DNA from: Chromatiales bacterium
GTDB taxonomy: Bacteria; Pseudomonadota; Gammaproteobacteria; CAMYNG01
Assembly (NCBI GenBank): GCA_027005735.1
Contig: JALTLF010000151.1
Span: 1 to 53,202, forward strand
Direction: 5' to 3'
Length of the DNA stretch: 53,202 nt
Under the pieces are notes generated by a model, which worked only from the letters and a program-made list of their open reading frames with translations, did not search any database and was not told where the DNA came from. A program made the translations under genes and the position numbers. This document shows positions 9,877-19,763 of this stretch, piece by piece; position 1 is the stretch's first letter, and every line of letters starts with the position of its first letter.

Positions 9877-9918
9877 ACCATAGCCGGCCACAACGGCTAT
9901 GACCCTGATCCGGATCAA
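9877..9918 (-). promoter_or_regulatory. FNR/Anr/Dnr-type box with class II promoter geometry, oriented toward the cus operon
   Basis: Minus strand TTGAT-CCGG-ATCAG (9918-9905; 9/10 match to TTGAT-N4-ATCAA), then exactly 22 nt, then TATGGT (9882-9877). Confidence 0.55.
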
Positions 9919-9980
9919 TGGTTCCCCGGCCGGGAGGGGATCGCATCCCTGAGACAGGGCACTAATTCCGTGTCTATACT

Positions 9981-12107
9981 ATGGAAAACCCCCGGAGATC
10001 GCCTCTCATGGTCGCAGACAGCCCCAGCATCGATGCCGGCGCACTCTTTTTTTCGCGCGAGCTCAGCCTGCTGGCCTTCAACGAACGCGTCCTCGAGCAG
10101 GCCGCCGACACCGAGGTGCCCCTGCTCGAGCGCCTGCGCTACCTGTGTATTTCTTCCACCAACCTGGACGAGTTCTTCGAGATCCGCATCGCCGGCCTCA
10201 AGCAGCGACTCGCCGCGGGCGAGCTGCACGGTGAAACGGATACGCCCGCCTCCTCGGCGGCCGGCACCCTGCGCACCCTCTCGGTGCGCGCCCATCAACT
10301 GGTGGACCGGCAATACCAGTTGCTCAACGAGGTCCTGCAGCCGGCGCTGGAGGCCGAACAGATCCGCTTCATCCGCCGCGGGGACTGGGATGCCGAACAG
10401 GAACAGTGGCTGGAGGACTTCTTCCGCAATGAGCTGCTGCCGGTGCTGAGCCCCATCGGCCTCGATCCCGCGCACCCCTTTCCACGCATCCTCAACAAGA
10501 GTCTCAATTTCATCGTCTCGCTGGAGGGCAAGGATGCCTTCGGGCGCAACAGCGGCATGGCCATCGTGCAGGCGCCGCGTTCCCTGCCCCGCCTCATTCC
10601 CCTGCCCACGGGGATCGGCGGCAGCGGACCCTACGACTACGTCTTCCTGTCGTCCATCATCCATGCCTTCTCCGACCAGCTCTTCCCGGGCATGGAGATC
10701 CGCGGCTGTTACCAGTTCCGCGTCACGCGCAACAGCGATCTCTTCGTCGACGAAGAAGAGGTCGACGATCTCCTCCATGCCCTGCAGGGCGAGTTGCCCG
10801 CCCGGCGCTACGGTGACGCAGTGCGCCTCGAGGTGGCCGACAACTGCCCGCCCGACATGGCGCGCTTTCTCGCCCGCCAGTTCCACCTCGAGGAAGACGA
10901 TATCTACCAGGTCAACGGGCCGGTGAACCTCAACCGCCTGCTGGCCATCGTCGATCTCGTCGATCGCCCGGACCTCAAGTTTCCCCCCTTCACGCCGCAA
11001 CTGGACACCGCCCTCTGGCAGGGCAATGTCTTCGCCACCCTGCGCCGCCGGGACATGCTGCTCTACCACCCCTTCGACTCCTTCGTCCCGGTGATCGATT
11101 TCCTGCGCCAGGCGGCACGTGACAGCAAGGTGCTGGCCATCAAGATGACCCTCTACCGCACCGGGCCGGACTCCATCATCGTCGAGACCCTCGCCAGTGC
11201 GGCACGCGCCGGCAAGGAGGTCACGGTGGTCATCGAGTTGCGCGCGCGTTTCGACGAGGAGGAAAACATCGCCGTGGCCAGTCGCCTGCAGGAGGCCGGC
11301 GCCCACGTGGTCTATGGCGTCGTCGGCTACAAGACCCACGCCAAGATGACCCTGGTGATCCGCAGGGAGAAGGCAGGGCTGCGGCACTACGTGCACCTCG
11401 GCACCGGCAACTACCACCCGAAGACCGCGCGCGTGTACACCGACTATGGCCTGTTCACCTCCGATGCGGCCATCGGCGACGATGTACGCAAGATCTTTCT
11501 GCAACTCACCAGCCTCGGCAAGGTAACGAAGCTGAAGAAACTCCTGCAGTCGCCCTTTACCCTGCACAGCGGCCTGAGCGAGAAGATCCGGCGCGAGACC
11601 GAACATGCCGCCGCGGGCAGGACGGCGCGCATCATCATCAAGGTCAACTCCCTGGTGGAAAAAACGATGATCAAGAGCCTCTACGCCGCCTCGCAGGCGG
11701 GGGTGGCCATCCAGCTCATCGTGCGCGGCATGTGCCGCCTGCGACCGGGGGTCGCGGGGATCTCGGACAACATCGAGGTGCGCTCCATCGTCGGCCGCTT
11801 CCTGGAGCATTCACGGGTGTATTACTTCGAGAACGACGGCGCGCCCGAGGTCTATTGCGCCAGCGCCGATCTCATGGAACGCAATCTCTACCGCCGCGTG
11901 GAGGCCTGTTTCCCCATCGAAGACCCGCAACTGCGGCAGGGGATCATCGAGGATCTGCATCGCTACCTCGCCGACAACACCCACGCCTGGATCCTGCAGG
12001 AGGACGGCGAGTACCGGCGTCTGCGGCCCGCGCCCGGCGAGGCGCCCCGCCACGCCCAGGCGGAGATCCTTGCCGCCCATGTCCGAAGCCCGTCTCCGGG
12101 CGAGTGA
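9981..12107 (+). CDS. ppk1: Polyphosphate kinase 1
   Basis: RELSLLAFNERVL, NLDEFFEIR, phospho-His in KTHAKM, HLGTGNY, GRFLEHSR. Confidence 0.96.
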   Translation: MENPRRSPLMVADSPSIDAGALFFSRELSLLAFNERVLEQAADTEVPLLERLRYLCISSTNLDEFFEIRIAGLKQRLAAGELHGETDTPASSAAGTLRTLSVRAHQLVDRQYQLLNEVLQPALEAEQIRFIRRGDWDAEQEQWLEDFFRNELLPVLSPIGLDPAHPFPRILNKSLNFIVSLEGKDAFGRNSGMAIVQAPRSLPRLIPLPTGIGGSGPYDYVFLSSIIHAFSDQLFPGMEIRGCYQFRVTRNSDLFVDEEEVDDLLHALQGELPARRYGDAVRLEVADNCPPDMARFLARQFHLEEDDIYQVNGPVNLNRLLAIVDLVDRPDLKFPPFTPQLDTALWQGNVFATLRRRDMLLYHPFDSFVPVIDFLRQAARDSKVLAIKMTLYRTGPDSIIVETLASAARAGKEVTVVIELRARFDEEENIAVASRLQEAGAHVVYGVVGYKTHAKMTLVIRREKAGLRHYVHLGTGNYHPKTARVYTDYGLFTSDAAIGDDVRKIFLQLTSLGKVTKLKKLLQSPFTLHSGLSEKIRRETEHAAAGRTARIIIKVNSLVEKTMIKSLYAASQAGVAIQLIVRGMCRLRPGVAGISDNIEVRSIVGRFLEHSRVYYFENDGAPEVYCASADLMERNLYRRVEACFPIEDPQLRQGIIEDLHRYLADNTHAWILQEDGEYRRLRPAPGEAPRHAQAEILAAHVRSPSPGE

Positions 12108-12121
12108 GCCGGACCGGCGGC

Positions 12122-13648
12122 TCACTCGCAATGCAGCCGGAACGGCAGGGGCGCCAGGTACTCCGCCTCCCGGGCGAGATCGGTGGCCAGCAGGGCATGC
12201 TCCGCCAGCCAGCCAGGGGGAAACCTCAGTTCCAGTGAATTTTTGCCCGCCCTGGCCGCCGGCGCGGGGATGCCGCGCGCCCGGCGTCCGCGGTTGAACA
12301 ACACCGCGAGGCGCAGGAGGACGGCCATGCGGTGGATGAGGGACTGATCGTCGGGGTGGAAATCGCGCAATTCGGCCTGCGGGAACTTGCGCCGCTGGGC
12401 GCGCACCAGCACCGCCAGCACCCGCTGTTCCTGGCGCGAGAAACCCGGCATGTCGGCATGGGTCAGCACGTAGGCGCCGTGGCGGTGATACTGGGCATGA
12501 GCGATGTCGAGACCGATTTCGTGCAGGCGGGCCGCCCAGCGCAGCAGCCTTTCGTCGTCACCCTGCGCCAGCCCCCAGTCCTCGGCCACCTGCCGGTAGA
12601 GGGCCATGAGGCTGGCCTCCACGCGTTCTGCCTGGGCGATGTCCACCGCATAGCGCCGAGCCATGGCGCCGACGGTGGCCTCGCGCACGTCTTCGTGCTG
12701 CTTGCGCCCCAGCAGATCGTAGAGCGCGCCCTCGCGCAACGCGCCGTCGGAGACCTCCATTTCCGCGATCCCCAGTTCGTCGAAGATGGCCATGAGCACC
12801 ACCACCCCGCCGGCAAACACCGGGCGGCGCGCTGCACTCAGGCCCTCAAACTTGAGTTTTTCTACCTCACCCACCTCGATCAGGCGTTTGACCAGTTGCT
12901 CGAGGGCGGCCTTACGAATAATACCGTCCTGTCCCCTGTCCGTTCCCGTCACGCGCGCGATGGCGCGGATGGATCCCGAGGTGCCGATGGCGCGCTCCCA
13001 GCCCAGCTCCTGATAGCGCGCGCGGATCCCCTCCACCTCGCTGGCCGCGGCGAGCAGGGCCTTGCGGACGCGCTTCCTGCCCAGCCTGCCGTCGGCAAAA
13101 AAACGCCGCGTGATGGATACGCAACCCATGTAGAGGCTTTCCAGTTCCAGCGGTTCGCGGCCGCGACCGATGATGCATTCGGTACTGCCGCCGCCGATGT
13201 CCACCACCAGGCGCTGGCGACCCTCGTCGGACAGGCTGTTGGCCACGCCCGCGTAGATCAGGCGCGCCTCCTCGATACCCGAGATTATTTCCACCACGTG
13301 GTTGAGACAACGCTCCGCGCGGGCGAGGAAGCCACTGCTGTCGCGGAGCTTGCGCAGGGTATTGGTGCCCAGCACGCGCACGTGGCCCGGCGGCAGATCG
13401 CGCAGCAGGCCGGCAAAGCGTTCCAGGCAGGCCAGCGCGCGGGCTTCCACCTCGGGTGACAGGGAGCCGTCCTCGCTCAGACCCTCGGCAAGGCGCACCA
13501 TTTCCCGCTGGCGATCGACGACGGCGAAACCGTGGGGCGTGACGCGCGCGGTAATGAGATGAAAGCTGTTGGAACCGAGATCGACGGCGGCGATGAGATC
13601 ACCGTCGGCGAGGGGACGGCGATCGGCGCTGGAAAGAAAACGAAAGAT
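12122..13648 (-). CDS. ppx: Exopolyphosphatase Ppx/GppA; start uncertain (no canonical in-frame start upstream of the conserved N-terminal motif)
   Basis: The frame stays open upstream of the called ATG at 13501 and encodes IAAVDLGSNSFHL (DLGSNSFH at 13582-13559). Also DIGGGSTE, GALREG, ARLHEIG. Coordinates assume an ATC start at 13648. Confidence 0.85.
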   Translation of the reverse strand: MFRFLSSADRRPLADGDLIAAVDLGSNSFHLITARVTPHGFAVVDRQREMVRLAEGLSEDGSLSPEVEARALACLERFAGLLRDLPPGHVRVLGTNTLRKLRDSSGFLARAERCLNHVVEIISGIEEARLIYAGVANSLSDEGRQRLVVDIGGGSTECIIGRGREPLELESLYMGCVSITRRFFADGRLGRKRVRKALLAAASEVEGIRARYQELGWERAIGTSGSIRAIARVTGTDRGQDGIIRKAALEQLVKRLIEVGEVEKLKFEGLSAARRPVFAGGVVVLMAIFDELGIAEMEVSDGALREGALYDLLGRKQHEDVREATVGAMARRYAVDIAQAERVEASLMALYRQVAEDWGLAQGDDERLLRWAARLHEIGLDIAHAQYHRHGAYVLTHADMPGFSRQEQRVLAVLVRAQRRKFPQAELRDFHPDDQSLIHRMAVLLRLAVLFNRGRRARGIPAPAARAGKNSLELRFPPGWLAEHALLATDLAREAEYLAPLPFRLHCE

Positions 13649-13728
13649 GGGACATTCCCCCCTGACTCGCCACGGTAAGGCCTGGTGGCAGCTTCAGGAT
13701 AGAGATCCGGGGGATCGAATTCAAGCAC

Positions 13729-14508
13729 TCACCAGCAACGGGAGAAGGCGGCATGCTTGCGCACGCGTGCCAGCACCTGCTCCGCCTCGCGCATGCCGTT
13801 TTCCGCCGAGCGCCGCCACCAGCGCACCGCTTCGCAATAGTTGGTGCGCGTGCCCTCGCCATTGGCATACAGGGTACCGAGGTTGAATTGCGCGAGGGCA
13901 TCGCCGTTGGCGGCGGCCTTGCGCCACCAGCGCACCGCCTGCGCGGGATCGGGACGCAGATCACCGTGCCCCATGATGTAGATCATGCCCAGGTTGTACT
14001 GGGCGTCGATGTTGCCGAGATCGGCGGACTGGATCCACCAGCGCACCGCCTTGCGGATGTCGGCGCGCACGCCCAGACCCTCGGCATAGGCCACGGCGAG
14101 ATTGTGCTGTGCATCGAGATGGCCCTGACGTGCCGCGGCGCGGTACCAGCCGAAGGCCCGCCTGGCATCGCGCGGCACACCCTGCCCCAGCTCATGCATC
14201 TGGCCGAGGTAGAACTGGGCCTCGGCGTTGCCCGCGCGCGCGAGGGGCAGGAAGTGGCGCAGGGCCAGCCGGTGGTGCCCGTTGCGATAGGCCTGCTCGG
14301 CGGCCTGCAGGCGGCGCTGCTGATCGGCATGGGCGAAGCCCAGGCGGGCAACGAGATCCTGCTGGAAGCGCCAGGCGGCGAGGTTCACCTGGGCGGCGTG
14401 CAGCGGCGGCGCGGCCAGCAAGGCCAGCAGGAGGACGAGCGGCAGGCGGGCCGCGATGGCCCGGGGGGATGCGCCGTGGGCGCGTGTGGCGGCTTGCTGG
14501 TACGACAT
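13729..14508 (-). CDS. Exported Sel1-like repeat protein
   Basis: Signal-peptide-like segment (LLLALLAAPPLHA); about four repeats of A..G...AQ..LG..Y..G.G...D...A..W...AA. Confidence 0.88.
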   Translation of the reverse strand: MSYQQAATRAHGASPRAIAARLPLVLLLALLAAPPLHAAQVNLAAWRFQQDLVARLGFAHADQQRRLQAAEQAYRNGHHRLALRHFLPLARAGNAEAQFYLGQMHELGQGVPRDARRAFGWYRAAARQGHLDAQHNLAVAYAEGLGVRADIRKAVRWWIQSADLGNIDAQYNLGMIYIMGHGDLRPDPAQAVRWWRKAAANGDALAQFNLGTLYANGEGTRTNYCEAVRWWRRSAENGMREAEQVLARVRKHAAFSRCW

Positions 14509-14661
14509 GAGGACGCTTCCCTGGCGCGGACTGGCAAAACGGCGCGCCTGGTGATCCTATCGACGCGCGGCCGGGAAGACTTTAGGGAGAAAAAACACCC
14601 AATATTCAGCATGTTACAAGATGCGCAATGGAGAGAGTGGGCGGATGCCGCGGCCGCCATG

Positions 14662-14693
14662 AAAAAAGGGGACGTGCCGGGTGGCACGTCCCC
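14662..14693 (-). terminator. Intrinsic terminator of the tkt-gap-pgk-pyk-fba operon
   Basis: 11-bp stem GGGGACGTGCC/GGCACGTCCCC with a 4-nt loop, followed by TTTTTT on the minus strand, 25 nt after the fba stop. Confidence 0.85.
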
Positions 14694-14718
14694 CTGTTGC
14701 GCCGAGGCGCGGTGCGGC

Positions 14719-15783
14719 TTACTTGACCTGCTGCTCCAGCTCGCCCTTCTCGTAGCGCTGGTACATGACCTCGAGGCTGACGGGCTTGATTTTGGCCGCC
14801 TGGCCGGCGCAGCCGAAGGCCTCGTAGCGCGCCTTGCAGATCTCCTTCATCCCCTTGGTGGCTTCCTTGAGGAACTTGCGTGGATCGAAGTTGGCCGGGT
14901 TGTCGTGCAGGTGCTTGCGAATGGCGCCGGTGGAAGCCATGCGCAGGTCGGTGTCGATATTGACCTTGCGCACGCCGTTCTTGATGCCTTCGACGATCTC
15001 CTCCACCGGCACGCCGTAGGTCTGGCCCATGTCGCCGCCGTAGTCGTTGATGATCTTCAGCCAGTCCTGCGGTACCGAGGAGGAACCGTGCATGACGAGG
15101 TGGGTGTTGGGGATACGTGCATGGATCTCCTTGATGCGATCGATGCGCAGGATCTCGCCGGTGGGCTCCTTGGTGAACTTGTAGGCACCGTGGGAAGTGC
15201 CGATGGCGATGGCCAGGGCATCGACCCCCGTCTGCTTGACGAAGTCGGCCGCCTGTTCCGGATCGGTGAGCAACTGGTCCATGTCCAGCTTGCCCTCGGC
15301 GCCGTGACCGTCCTCTTCACCCATCTCGCCGGTTTCCAGCGAGCCCAGGCAACCCAGTTCGCCTTCCACGGACACGCCGCCGGCGTGGGCCATTTCCACC
15401 ACCTTGCGGGTGACCTCGACGTTGTACTCGTAGCTCGAGGGCGTCTTCATGTCCGGCATCAGGGAGCCGTCCATCATCACCGAGCTGAAACCGGACTGGA
15501 TGGAGCGCAGGCAGACCGCCGGCTCGGAACCGTGGTCCTGGTGCATGACGATGGGGATGTGCGGATACATCTCCACTGCCGCAGCGATGAGGTGACGCAG
15601 GAAAGGTTCACCGGCATAGGAACGCGCGCCCGCCGAGCCCTGCATGATGACCGGGCTGTTGGTCTCATCGGCAGCCTGCATGATGGCATGCACCTGCTCC
15701 ATGTTGTTGACGTTGAATGCGGGCATGCCGTAACCGTTCTCGGCGGCATGATCCAGCAGCTGGCGAAGTGAAATCAGGGCCAT
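14719..15783 (-). CDS. fba: Class II fructose-bisphosphate aldolase (CbbA-like subtype)
   Basis: [51 protein letters not shown]. Confidence 0.95.
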   Translation of the reverse strand: MALISLRQLLDHAAENGYGMPAFNVNNMEQVHAIMQAADETNSPVIMQGSAGARSYAGEPFLRHLIAAAVEMYPHIPIVMHQDHGSEPAVCLRSIQSGFSSVMMDGSLMPDMKTPSSYEYNVEVTRKVVEMAHAGGVSVEGELGCLGSLETGEMGEEDGHGAEGKLDMDQLLTDPEQAADFVKQTGVDALAIAIGTSHGAYKFTKEPTGEILRIDRIKEIHARIPNTHLVMHGSSSVPQDWLKIINDYGGDMGQTYGVPVEEIVEGIKNGVRKVNIDTDLRMASTGAIRKHLHDNPANFDPRKFLKEATKGMKEICKARYEAFGCAGQAAKIKPVSLEVMYQRYEKGELEQQVK

Positions 15784-15874
15784 GTCGGACCTCCTTAGGG
15801 TTTGTTAATTCCTGAAAAAAGCGATTCCTGTTTCTACGTCTTTCTACGTCTCTATACCGGCAGGCGAGTGCCGA

Positions 15875-17329
15875 TTATTCATTTGCACTGTTGGGCTCGC
15901 CGAGGCTGCCCACGCGCACGATCTTCATGGCATTGGTGCCGCCATGGACACCCATCAGGTCACCCTTGGTGATGATCACCAGGTCACCATCGCGTACCGC
16001 GCCACGGCGCAACAACTCATCGATCACGTCCTGGTTGACCTCGGCATGGTCCTGGCTGGTGACGTCGAAGCTCACTGGATAGACGCCGCGATAGAGGGTC
16101 ACCTTGCGCCGTGTCTGCACATGGCGCGTCAGCGCGTAGATGGGGATCCCCGAGGAGATCCGCGACATCCAGCGTGTCGTCGAACCCGACTCCGTGAGGG
16201 CGGCGATGGCCTTCACGCCGAGGTGGTTGGCAGTGTACATGGAGGCCATGGCGATGGCCTCGTCGATGTGTTCGAAGCGCGTATCAATGCGGTGGTGAGA
16301 ACGCGTCACGGCGCGCTGCTTCTCCGCCTCGCGGCAGATCCGGTCCATGGCCTCGATGGCGCAATCGGGATACTTGCCGGTGGCCGTCTCCGCCGAGAGC
16401 ATCACCGCATCGGTACCGTCGAGCACCGCATTGGCCACATCGAAGACCTCGGCGCGCGTGGGGATATGGCTCTCGATCATCGACTCCATCATCTGCGTCG
16501 CCGTGATGACCACCTTGTTCATGTCGCGCGTCTGGGAGATGAGCCGCTTCTGCACCGGCGGCAGGCCGGCGTCGCCGATCTCCACGCCGAGGTCGCCGCG
16601 CGCCACCATGATGACGTCGGAGGCCTCGATGATCTCGTCGATGACCTTGAGGGACTCGGCACGCTCGATCTTGGCGACAATGCCGCCCTCGCCCCCGGCC
16701 TCGCGCAACAGCGCGCGCGCCTCGTTGACGTCCTCGGCGTGGCGCACGAAGGACACGGCGAGATAGTCCGCCTGTACCTTCGCGGCGAGGCGGATATCCT
16801 CACGGTCCTTCTGCGTCAGTGCCGGCGCCGAAAGGCCGCCGCCCTGCTTGTTGATGCCCTTGCGGTCGTAGAGCGTACCGCCAGCAATCACGCGGCAGAT
16901 GATCTCGCTGCCCTTGACCTCGTTGACCCACAGGGTGATGCGGCCGTCGTCCAGCAGCAGCGTGTCGCCGCGCTCCACGTCGTCGGGCAGGGCCTTGTAG
17001 GTGATCCCCACCCGCTCGCTGTTGCCCTTCTTCGGGTCGTGGGCCGTATCGAGGATGAAGGTCTGGCCTTCCTTGAGTTCCACCTCGCCGTTCTCGAAAC
17101 AGTCGATGCGGATCTTGGGGCCCTGCAGATCCACCAGTACGCCCACCTGGCGCCCGTGGGCGCGGGCGCGGTTACGCACGCGCTCGATACGCTCCTCGTG
17201 TTCCTCCGGGGTGCCGTGGGAGAAATTGACGCGCACCACATCGACGCCCGCCTCGATGATCTTGTCGAGCATCTTGGGATCGTCGGTGGACGGCCCCAGG
17301 GTGGCTACAATCTTGGTTCTTCTCTGCAT
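15875..17329 (-). CDS. pyk: Pyruvate kinase
   Basis: RRTKIVATLGPS, NFSHG, DLQGPKIR, MVARGDLGVE, DGTDAVMLS. Confidence 0.96.
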   Translation of the reverse strand: MQRRTKIVATLGPSTDDPKMLDKIIEAGVDVVRVNFSHGTPEEHEERIERVRNRARAHGRQVGVLVDLQGPKIRIDCFENGEVELKEGQTFILDTAHDPKKGNSERVGITYKALPDDVERGDTLLLDDGRITLWVNEVKGSEIICRVIAGGTLYDRKGINKQGGGLSAPALTQKDREDIRLAAKVQADYLAVSFVRHAEDVNEARALLREAGGEGGIVAKIERAESLKVIDEIIEASDVIMVARGDLGVEIGDAGLPPVQKRLISQTRDMNKVVITATQMMESMIESHIPTRAEVFDVANAVLDGTDAVMLSAETATGKYPDCAIEAMDRICREAEKQRAVTRSHHRIDTRFEHIDEAIAMASMYTANHLGVKAIAALTESGSTTRWMSRISSGIPIYALTRHVQTRRKVTLYRGVYPVSFDVTSQDHAEVNQDVIDELLRRGAVRDGDLVIITKGDLMGVHGGTNAMKIVRVGSLGEPNSANE

Positions 17330-17370
17330 AATGTTCCTGGTGGTGGATGGGCCTCCGCTCGGCCCGGGCC

Positions 17371-18552
17371 TCAGGCCTTCGCGCGCTCTTCCAGGATCGC
17401 CACGGCCGGCAACGTCTTGCCTTCCAGGTATTCCAGGAAGGCGCCGCCAGCGGTGGAAATATAGGACACCTTGTCATAGATGTCATATTTCTGGATGGCC
17501 GCGATGGTATCGCCGCCACCGGCAAGGCTGAAACCGTCGGCCTCGGCAATGGCCATGGCAACGGTACGGGTACCCTCGCCAAACTGGTCGAACTCGAACA
17601 CGCCCACCGGCCCGTTCCAGACGATGGTGCCGGCCTGCTTGATGATGTCGGCCAGTTCCTGCGCGCTCTCGGGGCCGATGTCGAAAATCATGTCATCATC
17701 CTCGACGTCCTCGACCTTCTTCAATACCGCCGCTTCGTTCTCATCGAACTTCTTGCCGCAAACCACGTCCTTCGCGATGGGGATATTGGCGCCGCGGGCC
17801 TTCATCTTCTCGTACAGGGCGCGGGCGGTCTCCACGAGGTCATCCTCGCACAGGGACTTGCCCACATTGTACCCCATGGCCTTGAGGAAGGTATTGGCAA
17901 TACCGCCGCCCACCACCAGCTGGTCCACCTTCTCGGACAGGGCCTCGAGCACAGTGAGCTTGGTGGAGACCTTGGAGCCGCCGACGATGGCCACCATGGG
18001 GCGCGCCGGATTGGCCAGGGCGCGGGCGAGGTTGTCCAGTTCGTCGGCCAGCAGCAGGCCGGCGCAGGCGGTGGGAGCAAACTTCGCCACCCCGTGGGTG
18101 GAGGCCTGGGCGCGGTGCGCGGTGCCGAAGGCGTCCATGACGAAGACGTCGCACAGGGCGGCGTACTTCTTTGCCAGCGCCTCGTCGTTCTTCTTCTCAC
18201 CGGCATTGAAGCGCACGTTCTCCAGCAGCACCACCTCACCGGCGGCCACCTGCGGCGGCTTGTCGAGATAGTCCTTGATGAGGCGCACTTCCCTGCCCAG
18301 CTTGGCCGACATGTCCGCGGCGATGGGCGCCATGGAGTTCTCCTCGTCCGCCTTGCCCTCTTCCGGGCGGCCACGGTGTGACATCACCATCACGGCGGCG
18401 CCGGCCTTCATGCAGTGCTCAATGGTGGGCATGGAGGCGGCGATACGCGCATCGGAGGTCACCTTGCCGTCCTTGACGGGCACATTGAGATCGGCGCGAA
18501 TGAGGACGCGTTTACCGGCAAGATCGAGATCGGTCAGCTTGATGAAAGACAT
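17371..18552 (-). CDS. pgk: Phosphoglycerate kinase
   Basis: [47 protein letters not shown]. Confidence 0.96.
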   Translation of the reverse strand: MSFIKLTDLDLAGKRVLIRADLNVPVKDGKVTSDARIAASMPTIEHCMKAGAAVMVMSHRGRPEEGKADEENSMAPIAADMSAKLGREVRLIKDYLDKPPQVAAGEVVLLENVRFNAGEKKNDEALAKKYAALCDVFVMDAFGTAHRAQASTHGVAKFAPTACAGLLLADELDNLARALANPARPMVAIVGGSKVSTKLTVLEALSEKVDQLVVGGGIANTFLKAMGYNVGKSLCEDDLVETARALYEKMKARGANIPIAKDVVCGKKFDENEAAVLKKVEDVEDDDMIFDIGPESAQELADIIKQAGTIVWNGPVGVFEFDQFGEGTRTVAMAIAEADGFSLAGGGDTIAAIQKYDIYDKVSYISTAGGAFLEYLEGKTLPAVAILEERAKA

Positions 18553-18651
18553 TGCTTATCTCCTGAAAAAACTGAAAAGTTATTTGGCAAACCTCCGGGC
18601 TTGACGAATAACTCGCGGCAACTGTTATGGACGCGTCACTGGAGAACAGGC

Positions 18652-18677
18652 GTCAGGGGGCAAACTTGCCCCCTGAC
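18652..18677. repeat. Perfect 12-bp inverted repeat in the gap-pgk spacer (REP-like or mRNA-stabilising hairpin)
   Basis: GTCAGGGGGCAA-ac-TTGCCCCCTGAC. Confidence 0.6.
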
Positions 18678-18713
18678 TCCCATACTCGCAACCAGCTACT
18701 GGCCACTCGACAC

Positions 18714-19763
<1,050 letters not shown>

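Noticed and set aside
3930-15771. Long ORFs opposite cusA, cusB, cusC, ppk1, ppx, sel1 and fba (e.g. 787, 543, 426, 631 and 672 aa)
   Set aside because: All are antisense to well-supported genes and have a composition typical of shadow frames.
15831-15850. TTTCTACGTC tandem duplication between pyk and fba
   Set aside because: Only two copies; most simply a slippage duplication, with no supporting context.
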